Shown: positions 38,060 to 48,437, numbered from the stretch's first letter. The stretch is 64,000 bases of DNA from Thermodesulfobacteriota bacterium (GCA_965216785.1 OZ244197.1:2816001-2880000), one strand, 5' to 3'. Notes: generated by a model from the letters alone, not told the origin. A program made the numbers and translations.

Positions 38060-39280
38060 ATGTCTGAAATAAAGCGCGGTAAGACACGAGTGAAGGGGTT
38101 CAGCGATGAGGAGATGGACTTTCAGCTCATAAGGCAAATGGGCTCGTCCTCGTTTATGGGCTCGTCCGTGGGGGAGTGCTTGTCTGTCGCGGGGCGCATT
38201 AACGAGGGCGACCCTAAAAGCTGGGTCGAGGAGTTCAAGAAGCTTGCGGAGTGGCAGGAAAACGACGCCAGAAAAAGAGCGCATAAAGGTCACACGATAA
38301 GCGCGCGTGACCAGTTTCTGAAAGCCACGAATTCCTATAGAGCAGCAGAATACTATACTAGCGTTCTAAACCCAGAGCACAGAGAGCTTGGACTGAAAGC
38401 GCGCTATTGCTTTGCTGAAGCGATGCACAACCTCTGGCATACATTTGAAGAGACCATGCTGACGTATAAGAATATAGAGCTCCCGGTCTATTTTATGTCT
38501 CCAGGCCCTGATGTTTCTGACAGAAAGACGCTTATGATAGTTAGCGGCTTTGACGGTACGCTTGAGGAAGAGTACTTGATGCGCGGTTTCTCGGCTCTCG
38601 AGCGGGGATATAATGTGGCGCTCTTTGCGGGCCCCGGGCAGATGGATGTATTTAGATTTTATTCCACTACTCGGTTTGAGCCCGACTTTGAGAACCCGGT
38701 GCAGACCGTACTTGAATACGTAGCTAATAGACCTGAGGTGGATAGCACAAAGATCGCGCTTATGGGAATAAGCTTCGGAGGCTACTTCGCTACCAGAGCA
38801 GCGGCGCACGTACCTGAAATAAAGGCGCTAATTGCGAACTCCCCAATATTGAGACTCCACGATTACCTTACGGCTTTTACAGGGTATGACCCGGCAGAGG
38901 CTCCTGATGAGATGAACTTTACGATTGAAGATATAGCAGAGATACCTGATGAGGAATTTCCTCCGGAAAGAAAGATCGCGGGTGAGAACTTGATAGCCAG
39001 ATTCGGCGAGAAATCCTTTAAGGATACGTTCATTTACTTAAGAGATTTCAGTTTAGGTGACGCAATTGAGAACATAACCTGCCCTTGCCTCGCACTTGTG
39101 GGCGAAGGGGAAGGAGGCGAGCCAGAGAAACAGTCGGAAGAGTTTACAAAAAAGGTGAAAGGACCTGTGACTAAGTATAAATTCACAGAGTTTGAGGGCG
39201 CTGACGCGCATTGTCAGCTGGGGAACGTCTCATACGCGGCAGCCGTGGCGCTTGACTGGCTGGACGAGATATTCGATTGA
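38060..39280 (+). CDS. Alpha/beta hydrolase (S9/FrsA-like)
   Basis: SGFDGTLEE, GPGQ, nucleophile elbow GISFGG, GADAHCQ. Confidence 0.88.
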   Translation: MSEIKRGKTRVKGFSDEEMDFQLIRQMGSSSFMGSSVGECLSVAGRINEGDPKSWVEEFKKLAEWQENDARKRAHKGHTISARDQFLKATNSYRAAEYYTSVLNPEHRELGLKARYCFAEAMHNLWHTFEETMLTYKNIELPVYFMSPGPDVSDRKTLMIVSGFDGTLEEEYLMRGFSALERGYNVALFAGPGQMDVFRFYSTTRFEPDFENPVQTVLEYVANRPEVDSTKIALMGISFGGYFATRAAAHVPEIKALIANSPILRLHDYLTAFTGYDPAEAPDEMNFTIEDIAEIPDEEFPPERKIAGENLIARFGEKSFKDTFIYLRDFSLGDAIENITCPCLALVGEGEGGEPEKQSEEFTKKVKGPVTKYKFTEFEGADAHCQLGNVSYAAAVALDWLDEIFD

Positions 39281-39336
39281 ATAGCGCAGGGCTGTGTGTA
39301 GACTTTCAAATAAAACATTCATCCGAATACATATCT

Positions 39337-40164
39337 ATGAAAAATTCAATATTCAGAACATCAACAAGGTGTTTGATTTTGGTCCTGTCATTCCTGCTGC
39401 TCACGGCCTTTCACGTTAACGCGGATCAGACAGAAGCTGAGAACATCGACTTGGGTAATTGGACAGAGTCAAAGCTCGCTGAGCTGATGCAGCAGAAATC
39501 AAAAAAGCTGGGCACACAGGATCAGATAGACTTTCTATCGGAGCAGTTTCTCGGAACTCCGTACAAAGGGCATACCCTGACGGGTGATATAGACACGCCC
39601 GAGGTCTTTACCATAAACCTCGGCGGTATGGACTGCTTCACATATATAGACTATGTGGAGGCACTCAGAGTATCGGGCTCCTATCCTGATTTTAAAGATA
39701 GCCTTCAGAATATCAGATACCGTGGAGGTGATATCTCCTTTCTAAACAGAAACCATTTCTTTACCGACTGGCCTGTAAATAACCCACAGCATGTTAAGGA
39801 CGTAACACGTGAAATCGGTGGGGACAAAACCGTGAGTGTTAAAAAGAGGCTTAATATTAAAAAGGACGGTGGTAAATATCTTCCGGGAATACCGGCAAAT
39901 GAAAGAGAGGTTTACTATATTCCCTCAGCTTCAATAGACGAAGATATTGTGGGAGAGCTAAATACCGGGGACTACGTAGGAATTTACACTGAGCTCCCGG
40001 GGCTTGACGTCACACACACGGGAATAGTTATCAAGAGAAACGGGCGAGCATACCTTAGACACGCCTCTTCCAGAAGCGTAAATGACAGGGTTGTAGACGA
40101 AGATTTACTTGAATATATGCAGAATAAGCCGGGACTAGTGGTATTCAGACCACTCAGCAGATGA
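39337..40164 (+). CDS. DUF1460 (NlpC/P60-fold) N-acetylmuramoyl-L-alanine amidase-like protein, secreted
   Basis: Signal peptide; FLGTPY, DCFTYIDYV (catalytic Cys), RNHFFTDW, LDVTHTG, HASS. Confidence 0.85.
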   Translation: MKNSIFRTSTRCLILVLSFLLLTAFHVNADQTEAENIDLGNWTESKLAELMQQKSKKLGTQDQIDFLSEQFLGTPYKGHTLTGDIDTPEVFTINLGGMDCFTYIDYVEALRVSGSYPDFKDSLQNIRYRGGDISFLNRNHFFTDWPVNNPQHVKDVTREIGGDKTVSVKKRLNIKKDGGKYLPGIPANEREVYYIPSASIDEDIVGELNTGDYVGIYTELPGLDVTHTGIVIKRNGRAYLRHASSRSVNDRVVDEDLLEYMQNKPGLVVFRPLSR

Positions 40165-40241
40165 AGCCTTGCTATTGAGCAGATAATTGTATATTTACTG
40201 TAAGTTACAGACAATACATAAAGCATTATAGGAACCTAACA

Positions 40242-40940
40242 ATGACCGATATATCATCGCAACCACCTGCAGATACTACCGCTGAAGACTATGTTCTGTT
40301 AGCTACGGATCACTACTACAACGGCGAGTTTGATAAGTCGCTCGAAGCGCTTGATAAAGCAATAGAGCTTAGGCCTGATTTTGCGGAGGCATGGTACAAC
40401 AAAGGGGTTACACTGTCAGTAATGGGACGGATTGAGGAAGAAATCGCTACTTATGATGAGGCACTCGGTCTAAACCCTGAATACGCGGAGGCCTGGAATA
40501 ATAAGGCGTCGGCGCTCGGAAAATTGAACAGACTCGAAGAGGCTTTAGACTGCTCTGAAAAAGCGATAGAGCTGAGACCTGGTTTTGCTGTAGCCTGGTG
40601 CAATAAAGGGGCCGCGCTCAGCGGACTCGGAAGGGACAGCGAGGCCGCAGGAGCGTATGATAAGGCAATTGAGCTTCAGGGAGATTATTTCGAGGCCTGG
40701 TTCAATAAGGCCGTATCACTGCACAATCTCGATAATTTACACGATGCTTATAAAGCCTATAACAGGGCTCTTGAGCTTATGCCGAATTACGCGGACGCAT
40801 ATTACAACAGGGCGGGGCTTTACATACAGCTTGGCGATACCGAGAGCGCCGATGCCGATTTGAAAAGAGCGATAGAGCTCGATCCCGCACTTAGAGAAAG
40901 GGCGAAATCGGACGAAGCTTTGAGCGAATTGGTGTCATAA
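40242..40940 (+). CDS. Tetratricopeptide repeat protein
   Basis: About six 34-aa repeats (AEAWYNKG / AEAWNNKA / AVAWCNKG / FEAWFNKA / ADAYYNRA). Confidence 0.92.
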   Translation: MTDISSQPPADTTAEDYVLLATDHYYNGEFDKSLEALDKAIELRPDFAEAWYNKGVTLSVMGRIEEEIATYDEALGLNPEYAEAWNNKASALGKLNRLEEALDCSEKAIELRPGFAVAWCNKGAALSGLGRDSEAAGAYDKAIELQGDYFEAWFNKAVSLHNLDNLHDAYKAYNRALELMPNYADAYYNRAGLYIQLGDTESADADLKRAIELDPALRERAKSDEALSELVS

Positions 40941-41010
40941 AGAGCGTGCTGAAATTTTTTGAAATTAATGTTAAGCTAGAAATAGTTATTAGAAATCATA
41001 GGAGGGTCTT

Positions 41011-41433
41011 ATGGCACTTGATGTAAAACAGCTTACTGACTTATCGCAAAATTCCGCTAAAGCGGGACGCCACCTGGACCAGGTACGTGACTTTGTGGAC
41101 CTGATAAAAAAAAACGCCGAGCACCTCGAGGGCGATGTTATGTCTTCAGGGGACAGAATTGAAGAATTATCGATCGAAATACATAAGCACTTAGAGGAAA
41201 TTAAAAAACTGGTTGATATACAGCTAAACAAGATCCCCGTAGACGAGAAGACGACAAAGGACGCGGCAAAGAAGCTTGCCTTGTACCACGATTCTCTTCA
41301 TCAGGTGATTGCATGGGCGGAGACTCAAAAGAGCAACCACCCTGAAAACTCATACTGGTGGCGTTACTGGGTAAGCGTTCTGGAGAACGTGATGCAGGAC
41401 GCCGCAGAAAAAGGGGAGCTTGAAAAAACATAA
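41011..41433 (+). CDS. Hypothetical coiled-coil protein
   Basis: RBS aggagg; heptad-like N-terminal half; YWWRYW near the C-terminus. Confidence 0.65.
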   Translation: MALDVKQLTDLSQNSAKAGRHLDQVRDFVDLIKKNAEHLEGDVMSSGDRIEELSIEIHKHLEEIKKLVDIQLNKIPVDEKTTKDAAKKLALYHDSLHQVIAWAETQKSNHPENSYWWRYWVSVLENVMQDAAEKGELEKT

Positions 41434-41468
41434 ACATATTAACATGTAATTACAGAAGGTTAAAGCTA

Positions 41469-42383
41469 TTACTTAATGCGCGGCATTATGTAGTTTGAGA
41501 GTAACTCCATAGTGCTATAAATCTCTTCAAGGCTGTCAGCGGCCGGGTCGAACACTATGTGTGATACCCCAAAATCTCTATAGCTGGATACTAATTCCGT
41601 AATTTCATCCACTGTGCCAAGTAGGGAAAATGGCGCGTCCTGAGGCTGATCTTTAATATAATTCTCTTTCGCTTCTGAATTGCCGAATATTTTTATCCTG
41701 TTTCTGACCGAATATGTGAACCCTTCTAGGTCCCTTCCGGCCTTGTCGGCAAGAAGCTTTATTGTGGAAATACCTTGACTCACATCTTGCGGGCTCACCC
41801 AGGTTGGCTGCCAGCCGTCTCCTAGAATAGCGGCTCTTTTAAGAGCGAACTTGCTTGAGCCCGCGATCAAAATGGGTGGATTGGGGTCTTGAAGCGGCTT
41901 GGGCTCGAACTTTATGTCTGAAAACGAGCAAAATTCACCTTCAAATAAGGGTGATTCACTCTGCCACAACTCTCGGATGGCTTTTATATATTCATCGGTC
42001 ATCTTCCCTCTTTCTTTTAACCGCACTCCCAAAGTTTCAAACTCTTCCTTCATCCATCCGGGACCAACGCCGAACATAACTCTTCCGCCCGACAAAACGT
42101 CCAGGGTTGCGATTTGCTTTGCAATGACGAGTGGGTTTCTGTAGGGGAGGATTATTACACTCGTTCCGAGAGATATTGTAGAGGTTACGGCTGAGATATA
42201 AGATAGGAGTGTAAAAGGCTCGTAGAATATCTCTGAGAACATTCCCCGGTGTTTTTCGGGCATGACTATGTGGTCGCTCACCCAGAGTGAGTCAAAACCA
42301 AGCTCTTGGGCTTTAACCGCAATATCAATATTGTCCGAGGCTGAAGCCTTGAGCCTGATAGGAAGGCATATACCGAATTTCAT
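41469..42383 (-). CDS. LLM-class (probably F420-dependent) oxidoreductase
   Basis: GFDSLWVSDH, LGTSVIILPYRNP, LDVLSGGR, GWMKEEF, PKPLQ, GDGW. Confidence 0.9.
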   Translation of the reverse strand: MKFGICLPIRLKASASDNIDIAVKAQELGFDSLWVSDHIVMPEKHRGMFSEIFYEPFTLLSYISAVTSTISLGTSVIILPYRNPLVIAKQIATLDVLSGGRVMFGVGPGWMKEEFETLGVRLKERGKMTDEYIKAIRELWQSESPLFEGEFCSFSDIKFEPKPLQDPNPPILIAGSSKFALKRAAILGDGWQPTWVSPQDVSQGISTIKLLADKAGRDLEGFTYSVRNRIKIFGNSEAKENYIKDQPQDAPFSLLGTVDEITELVSSYRDFGVSHIVFDPAADSLEEIYSTMELLSNYIMPRIK

Positions 42384-42486
42384 TTCAGCTATTTAGGTTA
42401 ATGCTATTTTTAAGATTGCCAAATTGACATCGGATTATATCCGCTTTAGCATAATTCGACTCTAAATTACGTTTGCCTCAACAACA

Positions 42487-43371
42487 ATGAACGAAAGCAA
42501 TATATATACAGAATCAGAACATATAGAGAAAACTAAAAACAGAACCCGAAGAGATTGGGTAATATCTATTATATATCTTATAGTTATTGTTGTTTATATT
42601 GCCCTTATATGGGCGCGCCTGGCGGAGCTGCTGCCGGAGCCGTATAACCGCTGGACATTTATATACGAGCCGTTAATCGGCCAGTGGTGGATTGACAACT
42701 TCTTTCTGGATCAGCCCGAATACGTTAGGCTGACGATTCTCTGGTACATAATCTGCTTCATATTCTCGATGGTCTTGCCATTCATATTTTTTAAGCTCAG
42801 AGGACGCAGGCTCACAGACTTTGGTATCGGGATGCTGAATACACTGGGGATACGGCTTACAAGCATTGCCATTATAGTTTCCATTCCGTTCGGGCTCTGG
42901 ATACAGCTCGCCTCGCCCTACCCTCACAGGCTGAGCGTTATGTATATACTGTCGCTCTTTAACAAGGTCCCTGAGCACTTCCTGATATGCGGAATACTGA
43001 CAGCCTTTCTGCTGCCGCTGAGACGGCTGCCCAACCCCGTATACCTGGCTCCAATTGAAGGCTCGCGGGGCAAGAAAGTACTTCGCTGGCTCGGGATATC
43101 GCAGCCGATGACAGTAGATTCTGACAACCGCGCGCTTGCGTGGTTCGGGCTCAACTGGACGTCGCTTTTTGCAATTACCGCATCGGGACTGGCGTTTTTT
43201 ATGATACACATCGGAAGGGAAAACCAGGTTGAAATGTGGCTGTCGCTTCCTGGCGGAATCACAATCGCCTATATTACGCTGAGAACTCACTCTATATGGC
43301 ACGCGATACCGGCGCACTGGACACTTAACCTGGTGCCGATGGGCATCATATACCTTTGGGACAAGTATTAA
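42487..43371 (+). CDS. CPBP/Abi (CAAX type II) intramembrane glutamic protease-like protein, atypical motif 1
   Basis: Multi-TM; PEH where EE is expected, FxxxH (FFMIH), LRTHSIW, HxxxN (HWTLN). Confidence 0.65.
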   Translation: MNESNIYTESEHIEKTKNRTRRDWVISIIYLIVIVVYIALIWARLAELLPEPYNRWTFIYEPLIGQWWIDNFFLDQPEYVRLTILWYIICFIFSMVLPFIFFKLRGRRLTDFGIGMLNTLGIRLTSIAIIVSIPFGLWIQLASPYPHRLSVMYILSLFNKVPEHFLICGILTAFLLPLRRLPNPVYLAPIEGSRGKKVLRWLGISQPMTVDSDNRALAWFGLNWTSLFAITASGLAFFMIHIGRENQVEMWLSLPGGITIAYITLRTHSIWHAIPAHWTLNLVPMGIIYLWDKY

Positions 43372-43382
43372 TTACTCAAAAA

Positions 43383-44342
43383 TCAGAGATTTTCTGCAAT
43401 CTGAACGACTTCTTCAGCGCAGCCCCAGGAAAGCGTGAACCCGGCGCCTCCGTGGCCGTAATTGTGGATTACGGGGCCTACGCCCGGAATATCTTCTAGC
43501 TCGAGCCTTACCTCTGTCCTGCCCGGCCTGAGGCCTACTAAGTATCCGAGAACCTCGGCGTCACTCAGCTTGGGCTCGAGAATCCTGCATTTGCGCAGGA
43601 TTTCATCAGAAGTTGCGGGGTCTATTTCAAGACTCCAGTCGTTCTCCTCCGCAGTTCCGCCCAGGATGCAGTCGTTATCGCGGGGGACTATGTATGAGAC
43701 AGCAAGCGGCCCGAGCTCGTCATTAACACCCCTGCAGAGTCCCGGGTTAGACGTCCGTACGAGCTGGCCTCTGATCGGAAATGAGTTTTCATCATTGCAA
43801 AGCTGCCGGCTTCCGAGACCGCTGCAATTGATTATTAAATTATTTTCTCCGGAAATTTCACTGATATTGGAAAGTTCGTTTTCGAGTACTTCAATTTCAC
43901 CGCCGGACTCGAGGAAGCGCTTTACGAGATAGCGCATGTATACCGGGGTCTCTATACGCGGCACCTCCGCGACAAAGCCGCATACATAACCCTGGGGCAG
44001 CTCGTCGGCACCTGCGTTCCTGAACGACCTCACGGCACCGCTCCAGAAGGGCTCTTCCATATAGCGGTCGAATATTTTCAAAAGCTCAAAGACCGAGATA
44101 CCTGACTCGGGAACCTCAGTCAGCGAAAGGAATTTCTTATAAGAATAAGAGGCCCAGCCGAGCACTTTATCCTGAGGTGAAACTTTGTACGGGTACCAAT
44201 AGGCCGCGGCTATATTGGACGTCGTATCGGGCGGGAGAGACGTGGCTACAATTTTAACTCTGTAGCCCTCTTCCAAAAACCTTATACCGCAGGTTAGACC
44301 GGAAACTCCGCATCCGATGATTGTTATGCTATTTTCGCTCAA
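43383..44342 (-). CDS. D-amino-acid oxidase-like flavoprotein
   Basis: IIGCGVSG, TTSNIAA, INCSGLG, PIRGQ, YIVPR, GLRPGR, HNYGHGGAGFTLSWGCA. Confidence 0.9.
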   Translation of the reverse strand: MSENSITIIGCGVSGLTCGIRFLEEGYRVKIVATSLPPDTTSNIAAAYWYPYKVSPQDKVLGWASYSYKKFLSLTEVPESGISVFELLKIFDRYMEEPFWSGAVRSFRNAGADELPQGYVCGFVAEVPRIETPVYMRYLVKRFLESGGEIEVLENELSNISEISGENNLIINCSGLGSRQLCNDENSFPIRGQLVRTSNPGLCRGVNDELGPLAVSYIVPRDNDCILGGTAEENDWSLEIDPATSDEILRKCRILEPKLSDAEVLGYLVGLRPGRTEVRLELEDIPGVGPVIHNYGHGGAGFTLSWGCAEEVVQIAENL

Positions 44343-44343
44343 T

Positions 44344-45141
44344 TCAAGTTTCTCCGCGGGCTTGCTCGACCATTTCTACGGCGGCGTCTCTTGCCTGCTC
44401 TGATGTACTTACTTCCCTCGGGAACCCTACCCTCCTACTGTAGAACTCGCCTTGATGTTTAAACCGGACCTGAAAACCGAGCCTGTCGACCAAGGTCATT
44501 GAAGCCTCATCAGCGTCCATTCCCAAGAACTCCTTTACAATCAGGGCAAGGGCATCGGGGTGGTCTTCATTTACATGCTGTATAATCCCGGAGGCTGAAT
44601 CAGCGAGCGGATCGACATTGGCAGCAGCGTATTCTTCCGCAGTAACCCAGCCCATAGCGCCGAAGCCGCCTACGAAGTATATGTCTGTTATATCCATACG
44701 ATAGAAAGAGAAATCGTCAAAATCAACCCAGTAACTCGCGTTCTTATAGCGCGATAAATAGGGCTCCCTTACGTCTGCAATTTCTTTTTCCGGAACTTTC
44801 GCAACCTTGCCCATGAGCGTGACGCGTGAGGCGTCTAGCGGGTCACCGCCGGAGTCTGTCTGAGACACGAACAGGCTTGCCTTGGGATCTTGAATCAGAT
44901 TATGAGTGTGCGTTGCCATGGTGCTGATGAGAAAAACGGGACGGCCTTTATCGTCAAGTCCGTAAGGCATCAGCGAGCCGAACGGTGAGCCCGGGTGTTT
45001 TTCCGACATAGTGGAAAGAGTTCCGGAGTTAGTTCTATAGACAAGCGTGCGAACCCTTTCAGCGTAGGATGGCTCGGGGAATTGCGGTTCGTTTCTTGAG
45101 GATGTTGTGTAGCCGTGTGATCTTTTAGAGGTTTCTGCCAT
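44344..45141 (-). CDS. HugZ/PNPOx-like split-barrel protein with C-terminal DUF2470-like domain
   Basis: GTLST, PFGS, LISTMATHTHNL, RVTLMG, FVGGFG, IIQHVNEDH, VDRLG. Confidence 0.82.
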   Translation of the reverse strand: MAETSKRSHGYTTSSRNEPQFPEPSYAERVRTLVYRTNSGTLSTMSEKHPGSPFGSLMPYGLDDKGRPVFLISTMATHTHNLIQDPKASLFVSQTDSGGDPLDASRVTLMGKVAKVPEKEIADVREPYLSRYKNASYWVDFDDFSFYRMDITDIYFVGGFGAMGWVTAEEYAAANVDPLADSASGIIQHVNEDHPDALALIVKEFLGMDADEASMTLVDRLGFQVRFKHQGEFYSRRVGFPREVSTSEQARDAAVEMVEQARGET

Positions 45142-45205
45142 TTGTTTGCTCCCAGTTTAAAGTTAATCAGGAAAAATAGTGATGACAATATATTTAGGAA
45201 AGAAT

Positions 45206-45538
45206 TTAGGTATTGCGGGGACTTATAAAAACATATACATGATAGAAAAATAAACCCCATAGGAGGCTGTTTATGCCGAGCAGGATGTATCCCCAGGGGC
45301 CTCCGACCGAGGCCAGGGGAAGGACCTCCTGGAAAAAATTGAGCGGGAAAAAGAATATATTAGATATAAATTCGAAAACGCGCTCGATGAATGAAGGGGG
45401 AAGCCCGCTTTCCAGTCTCTGTGTTTTGTAGCTTACCACACGGGACAGTGAAAAAAGAAGCACTATAATCTGCGCAACCGAGAAAATAAGAATTATTAAA
45501 ATGGCTTTTACGCTCTTACCCAGAAGAGTAAATGACAA
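45206..45538 (-). CDS. Hypothetical membrane protein
   Basis: Hydrophobic 110-aa ORF filling the gap upstream of the HugZ-like gene. Confidence 0.45.
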   Translation of the reverse strand: MSFTLLGKSVKAILIILIFSVAQIIVLLFSLSRVVSYKTQRLESGLPPSFIERVFEFISNIFFFPLNFFQEVLPLASVGGPWGYILLGINSLLWGLFFYHVYVFISPRNT

Positions 45539-45648
45539 CTTTTATTACCCCCGATTCAAGATTTAACCACCCTGCTTCCGTTAAAGCTTTAACGCCTATA
45601 TTATGAGCAGAGTTTATATAATCAAACGCATTGTTATAATACATAACC

Positions 45649-46683
45649 ATGGTCAAGTTTATAGACGAAGCGAAGATATACATAAAATCGGGAGACGGAG
45701 GCAGGGGCTGCGTGAGCTTTAGGCGTGAGAAGTACGTACCTCGCGGAGGACCGAACGGAGGGGACGGGGGAAACGGAGGGGACGTGGTGATGATAGCAAA
45801 GCGCAATATGTCTTCACTACTCGATCACCGCTACCAGCAGCACTACCGGGCTAAACGGGGTGAGCACGGAAGGGGTAAGGACCAGCACGGGAAGAACGCT
45901 GAGGACTTAATGATACCGGTGCCGCTTGGCACAATTATAAAAGACCAGGAGACGGGAGAAGTGTTGGGCGACCTGACAAAGGACGGCGAGACTCTGATTG
46001 TCGCCAAAGGAGGAAATGGCGGAAAGGGGAACGCACGTTTTGTGACATCCACAAACCAGGCGCCTAAAACCGCCGAGCCTGGAGGTGAAGGTGAAGAAAA
46101 AACGCTCCTTCTAGAGCTTAAGCTACTCGCGGACGTGGGGATTATAGGTTTTCCTAACGCAGGGAAGTCTACTCTTATTTCCAGAATCTCAGCAGCGCGG
46201 CCTAAGATCGCCGATTACCCTTTTACGACTCTGGTCCCGAACCTTGGGGTCGTGAGCTACGGGGACGGCGCTACATTTGTAGTCGCGGATATTCCGGGAC
46301 TGATCGAAGGGGCGCACGAGGGCGCAGGCCTCGGGATACAATTCTTAAGACACATAGAGCGGACAAAGGTGCTCGTACACATGATTGATCTATCACCTAT
46401 TACCAACCGTGACCCGGTGGAAGATTACGAGACAATGAATAACGAGCTCAAGTCGTACAGCGAGGAGCTTTATGGAAAACCTCAGATTGTGGCTGCCAAT
46501 AAGATAGATATCACCGAGGCTCAAGAGAGACTGAGCGGGCTAAAAGAGTATTGTGAGACAAAAGGGATAGAACTTTTTCCTATATCATCCGCAACCGGCG
46601 AGGGCCTGGATGAGCTCAAATGGGGTATAGTGAAGCTCCTGGAAAACATCCGCACTCAAGGCCCGGCGGAATCAACCCAATAG
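45649..46683 (+). CDS. obgE: GTPase ObgE/CgtA
   Basis: FIDEAKI, FRREKYVPRGGPNGGDGG, GFPNAGKST, DYPFTT, DIPG, NKID. Confidence 0.97.
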   Translation: MVKFIDEAKIYIKSGDGGRGCVSFRREKYVPRGGPNGGDGGNGGDVVMIAKRNMSSLLDHRYQQHYRAKRGEHGRGKDQHGKNAEDLMIPVPLGTIIKDQETGEVLGDLTKDGETLIVAKGGNGGKGNARFVTSTNQAPKTAEPGGEGEEKTLLLELKLLADVGIIGFPNAGKSTLISRISAARPKIADYPFTTLVPNLGVVSYGDGATFVVADIPGLIEGAHEGAGLGIQFLRHIERTKVLVHMIDLSPITNRDPVEDYETMNNELKSYSEELYGKPQIVAANKIDITEAQERLSGLKEYCETKGIELFPISSATGEGLDELKWGIVKLLENIRTQGPAESTQ

Positions 46684-46754
46684 CCGCTACATATAGCAAG
46701 TAAACCTATTGATTCGAATTTTAAATTATGTTATTCAGTAAGGGGAGGAATAAC

Positions 46755-48437
46755 ATGAATATAATAAGGGACTATAAGCTATATATTGCATTTCTTCTAA
46801 TCGTTTCTATTTTTACATTCTCTCAAACAAGTAAAGCAGCAGTATTCAACGTAACTAACGCGGCAGAGCTGCGCGCCGCTCTTCTTACCGCGCAATCAAA
46901 CGGGGAGACTGATTTTATCAATCTCGCGGCTGAGGCCTATAACACAGGGGGAGTGCCGTTTACTTACACCGCATCACTATTTGAGAACTTCGGTCTAAAT
47001 ATTTCAGGATCCGGAACAGCTTTCTCATTGTTAGAAGGCTCGACACAAACCGCAGTACTCATTATAGATACAACTGCTGTACTAGGCGACTTCAATGTGA
47101 ATATTAATATAGATTCCCTGAGTATAACGCAAGGCAGCACTGCGGCGTTCTCCGGCTTTGCCGGGGGGCTGACCATACTAAGTGATAACGGGAACGTGAT
47201 GATGGAGGACTGCAACTTCTCGTTCAATACGGGCGGCATGAGCGGGGGAGCTTATATCGACACCCTGGGGCAGGTTTCAATTTCTAACAGCGATTTCTTT
47301 GAAAACACATCTTTAACAAGCAACGGCGGAGGCGCTCTACTTACGGGAAATTTCATACTCCTTACTGATAATTTATTTGAAGAAAATTCCACAAACTCAG
47401 TATTAGCAAGGGGCGGCGGTTTAAGTGCTTCGGCTCTAGCTACAAACGGCGGAGACCCGGCAAACGGCACAATGATACTTAACGGAAATGTCTTTTCTGA
47501 AAACGACAGCGAGGGGCACGGCGGAGCGAGCCTCACGGCTGCTTTCGGGGCCGCTCTTCAGGGAAACGGTTTTGTGGATAATACAGCCGGGGAAGCAGGT
47601 GCCGGAGGACTGTTTATAAACGTAGTTAACACAGACCCCGGTGACACGATGCAAAATACCCTTTTGACGGAGCTCTTCAGTAATTTGTTTCAGGGCAACT
47701 CAAGCACGGGCGGGAACGCTGGAGGCGCCGAGGTAATAGCGGGAATAGATATCATAATGGTTAATAACATATTCCTGCAAAACACTGCCGAGTCCGCGGG
47801 CGGCGCGCTCCTAGACGCTCCCGATATAATAGCTACCAATAACACCTTCACCCTAAATAACGCAAACGGAGAACTCGCCAGCGGCGACGGGGGCGGGATG
47901 CTGCTTTTTGTAACGGATGACACCACAGGAGAGATATACAACAATATTGTTTATGACAACAGCGCAACCGGATTCGGAGCGGATATATTCGTTGACGACG
48001 ATACTGACAACAATCAAATTGGTTCTACTGTGGACCTGATGTTCAATGACTTTTCAGACTTTTTCAGCGTTTGTGAAAATAATCCACCCTGCGTACCCGA
48101 CGTCAACACTATGGGGAATATAGACAGAAACCCGAGGTTTGTTAACGCTCAGCAAGGAGACGTAAACCTTCAGAGAAACTCTCCGGCGAGGCGCGCGGGA
48201 GACGATATGGCCCCTCAACTTCCAAGCTCCGACGCTGTAGGAAACCCACTGGGCGACCCTCCTGACATGGGCGCATTGCAGTTCGTGGGCGGAGGAGGAG
48301 GAGGCAGCGGGAGCTGCTCGCTTGCTTATGAAGATTCGACGAGAAGCGGTTTATTTAATAGCTTAGCACTATTAATTTTACCGCTGGCTTATTTGCTTGT
48401 ACTCGGAATTAGAAGAAAGAGCGCCACGCCGCAATAA
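46755..48437 (+). CDS. Secreted right-handed beta-helix (Pmp/pectin-lyase-like repeat) surface protein with a Cys-containing C-terminal sorting tail
   Basis: Signal peptide; repeated FxxN / GGA / GGL; DMGA near the end; tail GGGGGSGSCSL - TM - RRK. Confidence 0.8.
   Translation: MNIIRDYKLYIAFLLIVSIFTFSQTSKAAVFNVTNAAELRAALLTAQSNGETDFINLAAEAYNTGGVPFTYTASLFENFGLNISGSGTAFSLLEGSTQTAVLIIDTTAVLGDFNVNINIDSLSITQGSTAAFSGFAGGLTILSDNGNVMMEDCNFSFNTGGMSGGAYIDTLGQVSISNSDFFENTSLTSNGGGALLTGNFILLTDNLFEENSTNSVLARGGGLSASALATNGGDPANGTMILNGNVFSENDSEGHGGASLTAAFGAALQGNGFVDNTAGEAGAGGLFINVVNTDPGDTMQNTLLTELFSNLFQGNSSTGGNAGGAEVIAGIDIIMVNNIFLQNTAESAGGALLDAPDIIATNNTFTLNNANGELASGDGGGMLLFVTDDTTGEIYNNIVYDNSATGFGADIFVDDDTDNNQIGSTVDLMFNDFSDFFSVCENNPPCVPDVNTMGNIDRNPRFVNAQQGDVNLQRNSPARRAGDDMAPQLPSSDAVGNPLGDPPDMGALQFVGGGGGGSGSCSLAYEDSTRSGLFNSLALLILPLAYLLVLGIRRKSATPQ

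Noticed and set aside
40300-40900. ~102-bp periodic DNA similarity
   Set aside because: Explained by TPR protein repeats.
42673-43317. 214-aa minus-strand ORF
   Set aside because: Antisense to the CPBP-like membrane protein; composition is typical of shadow ORFs.
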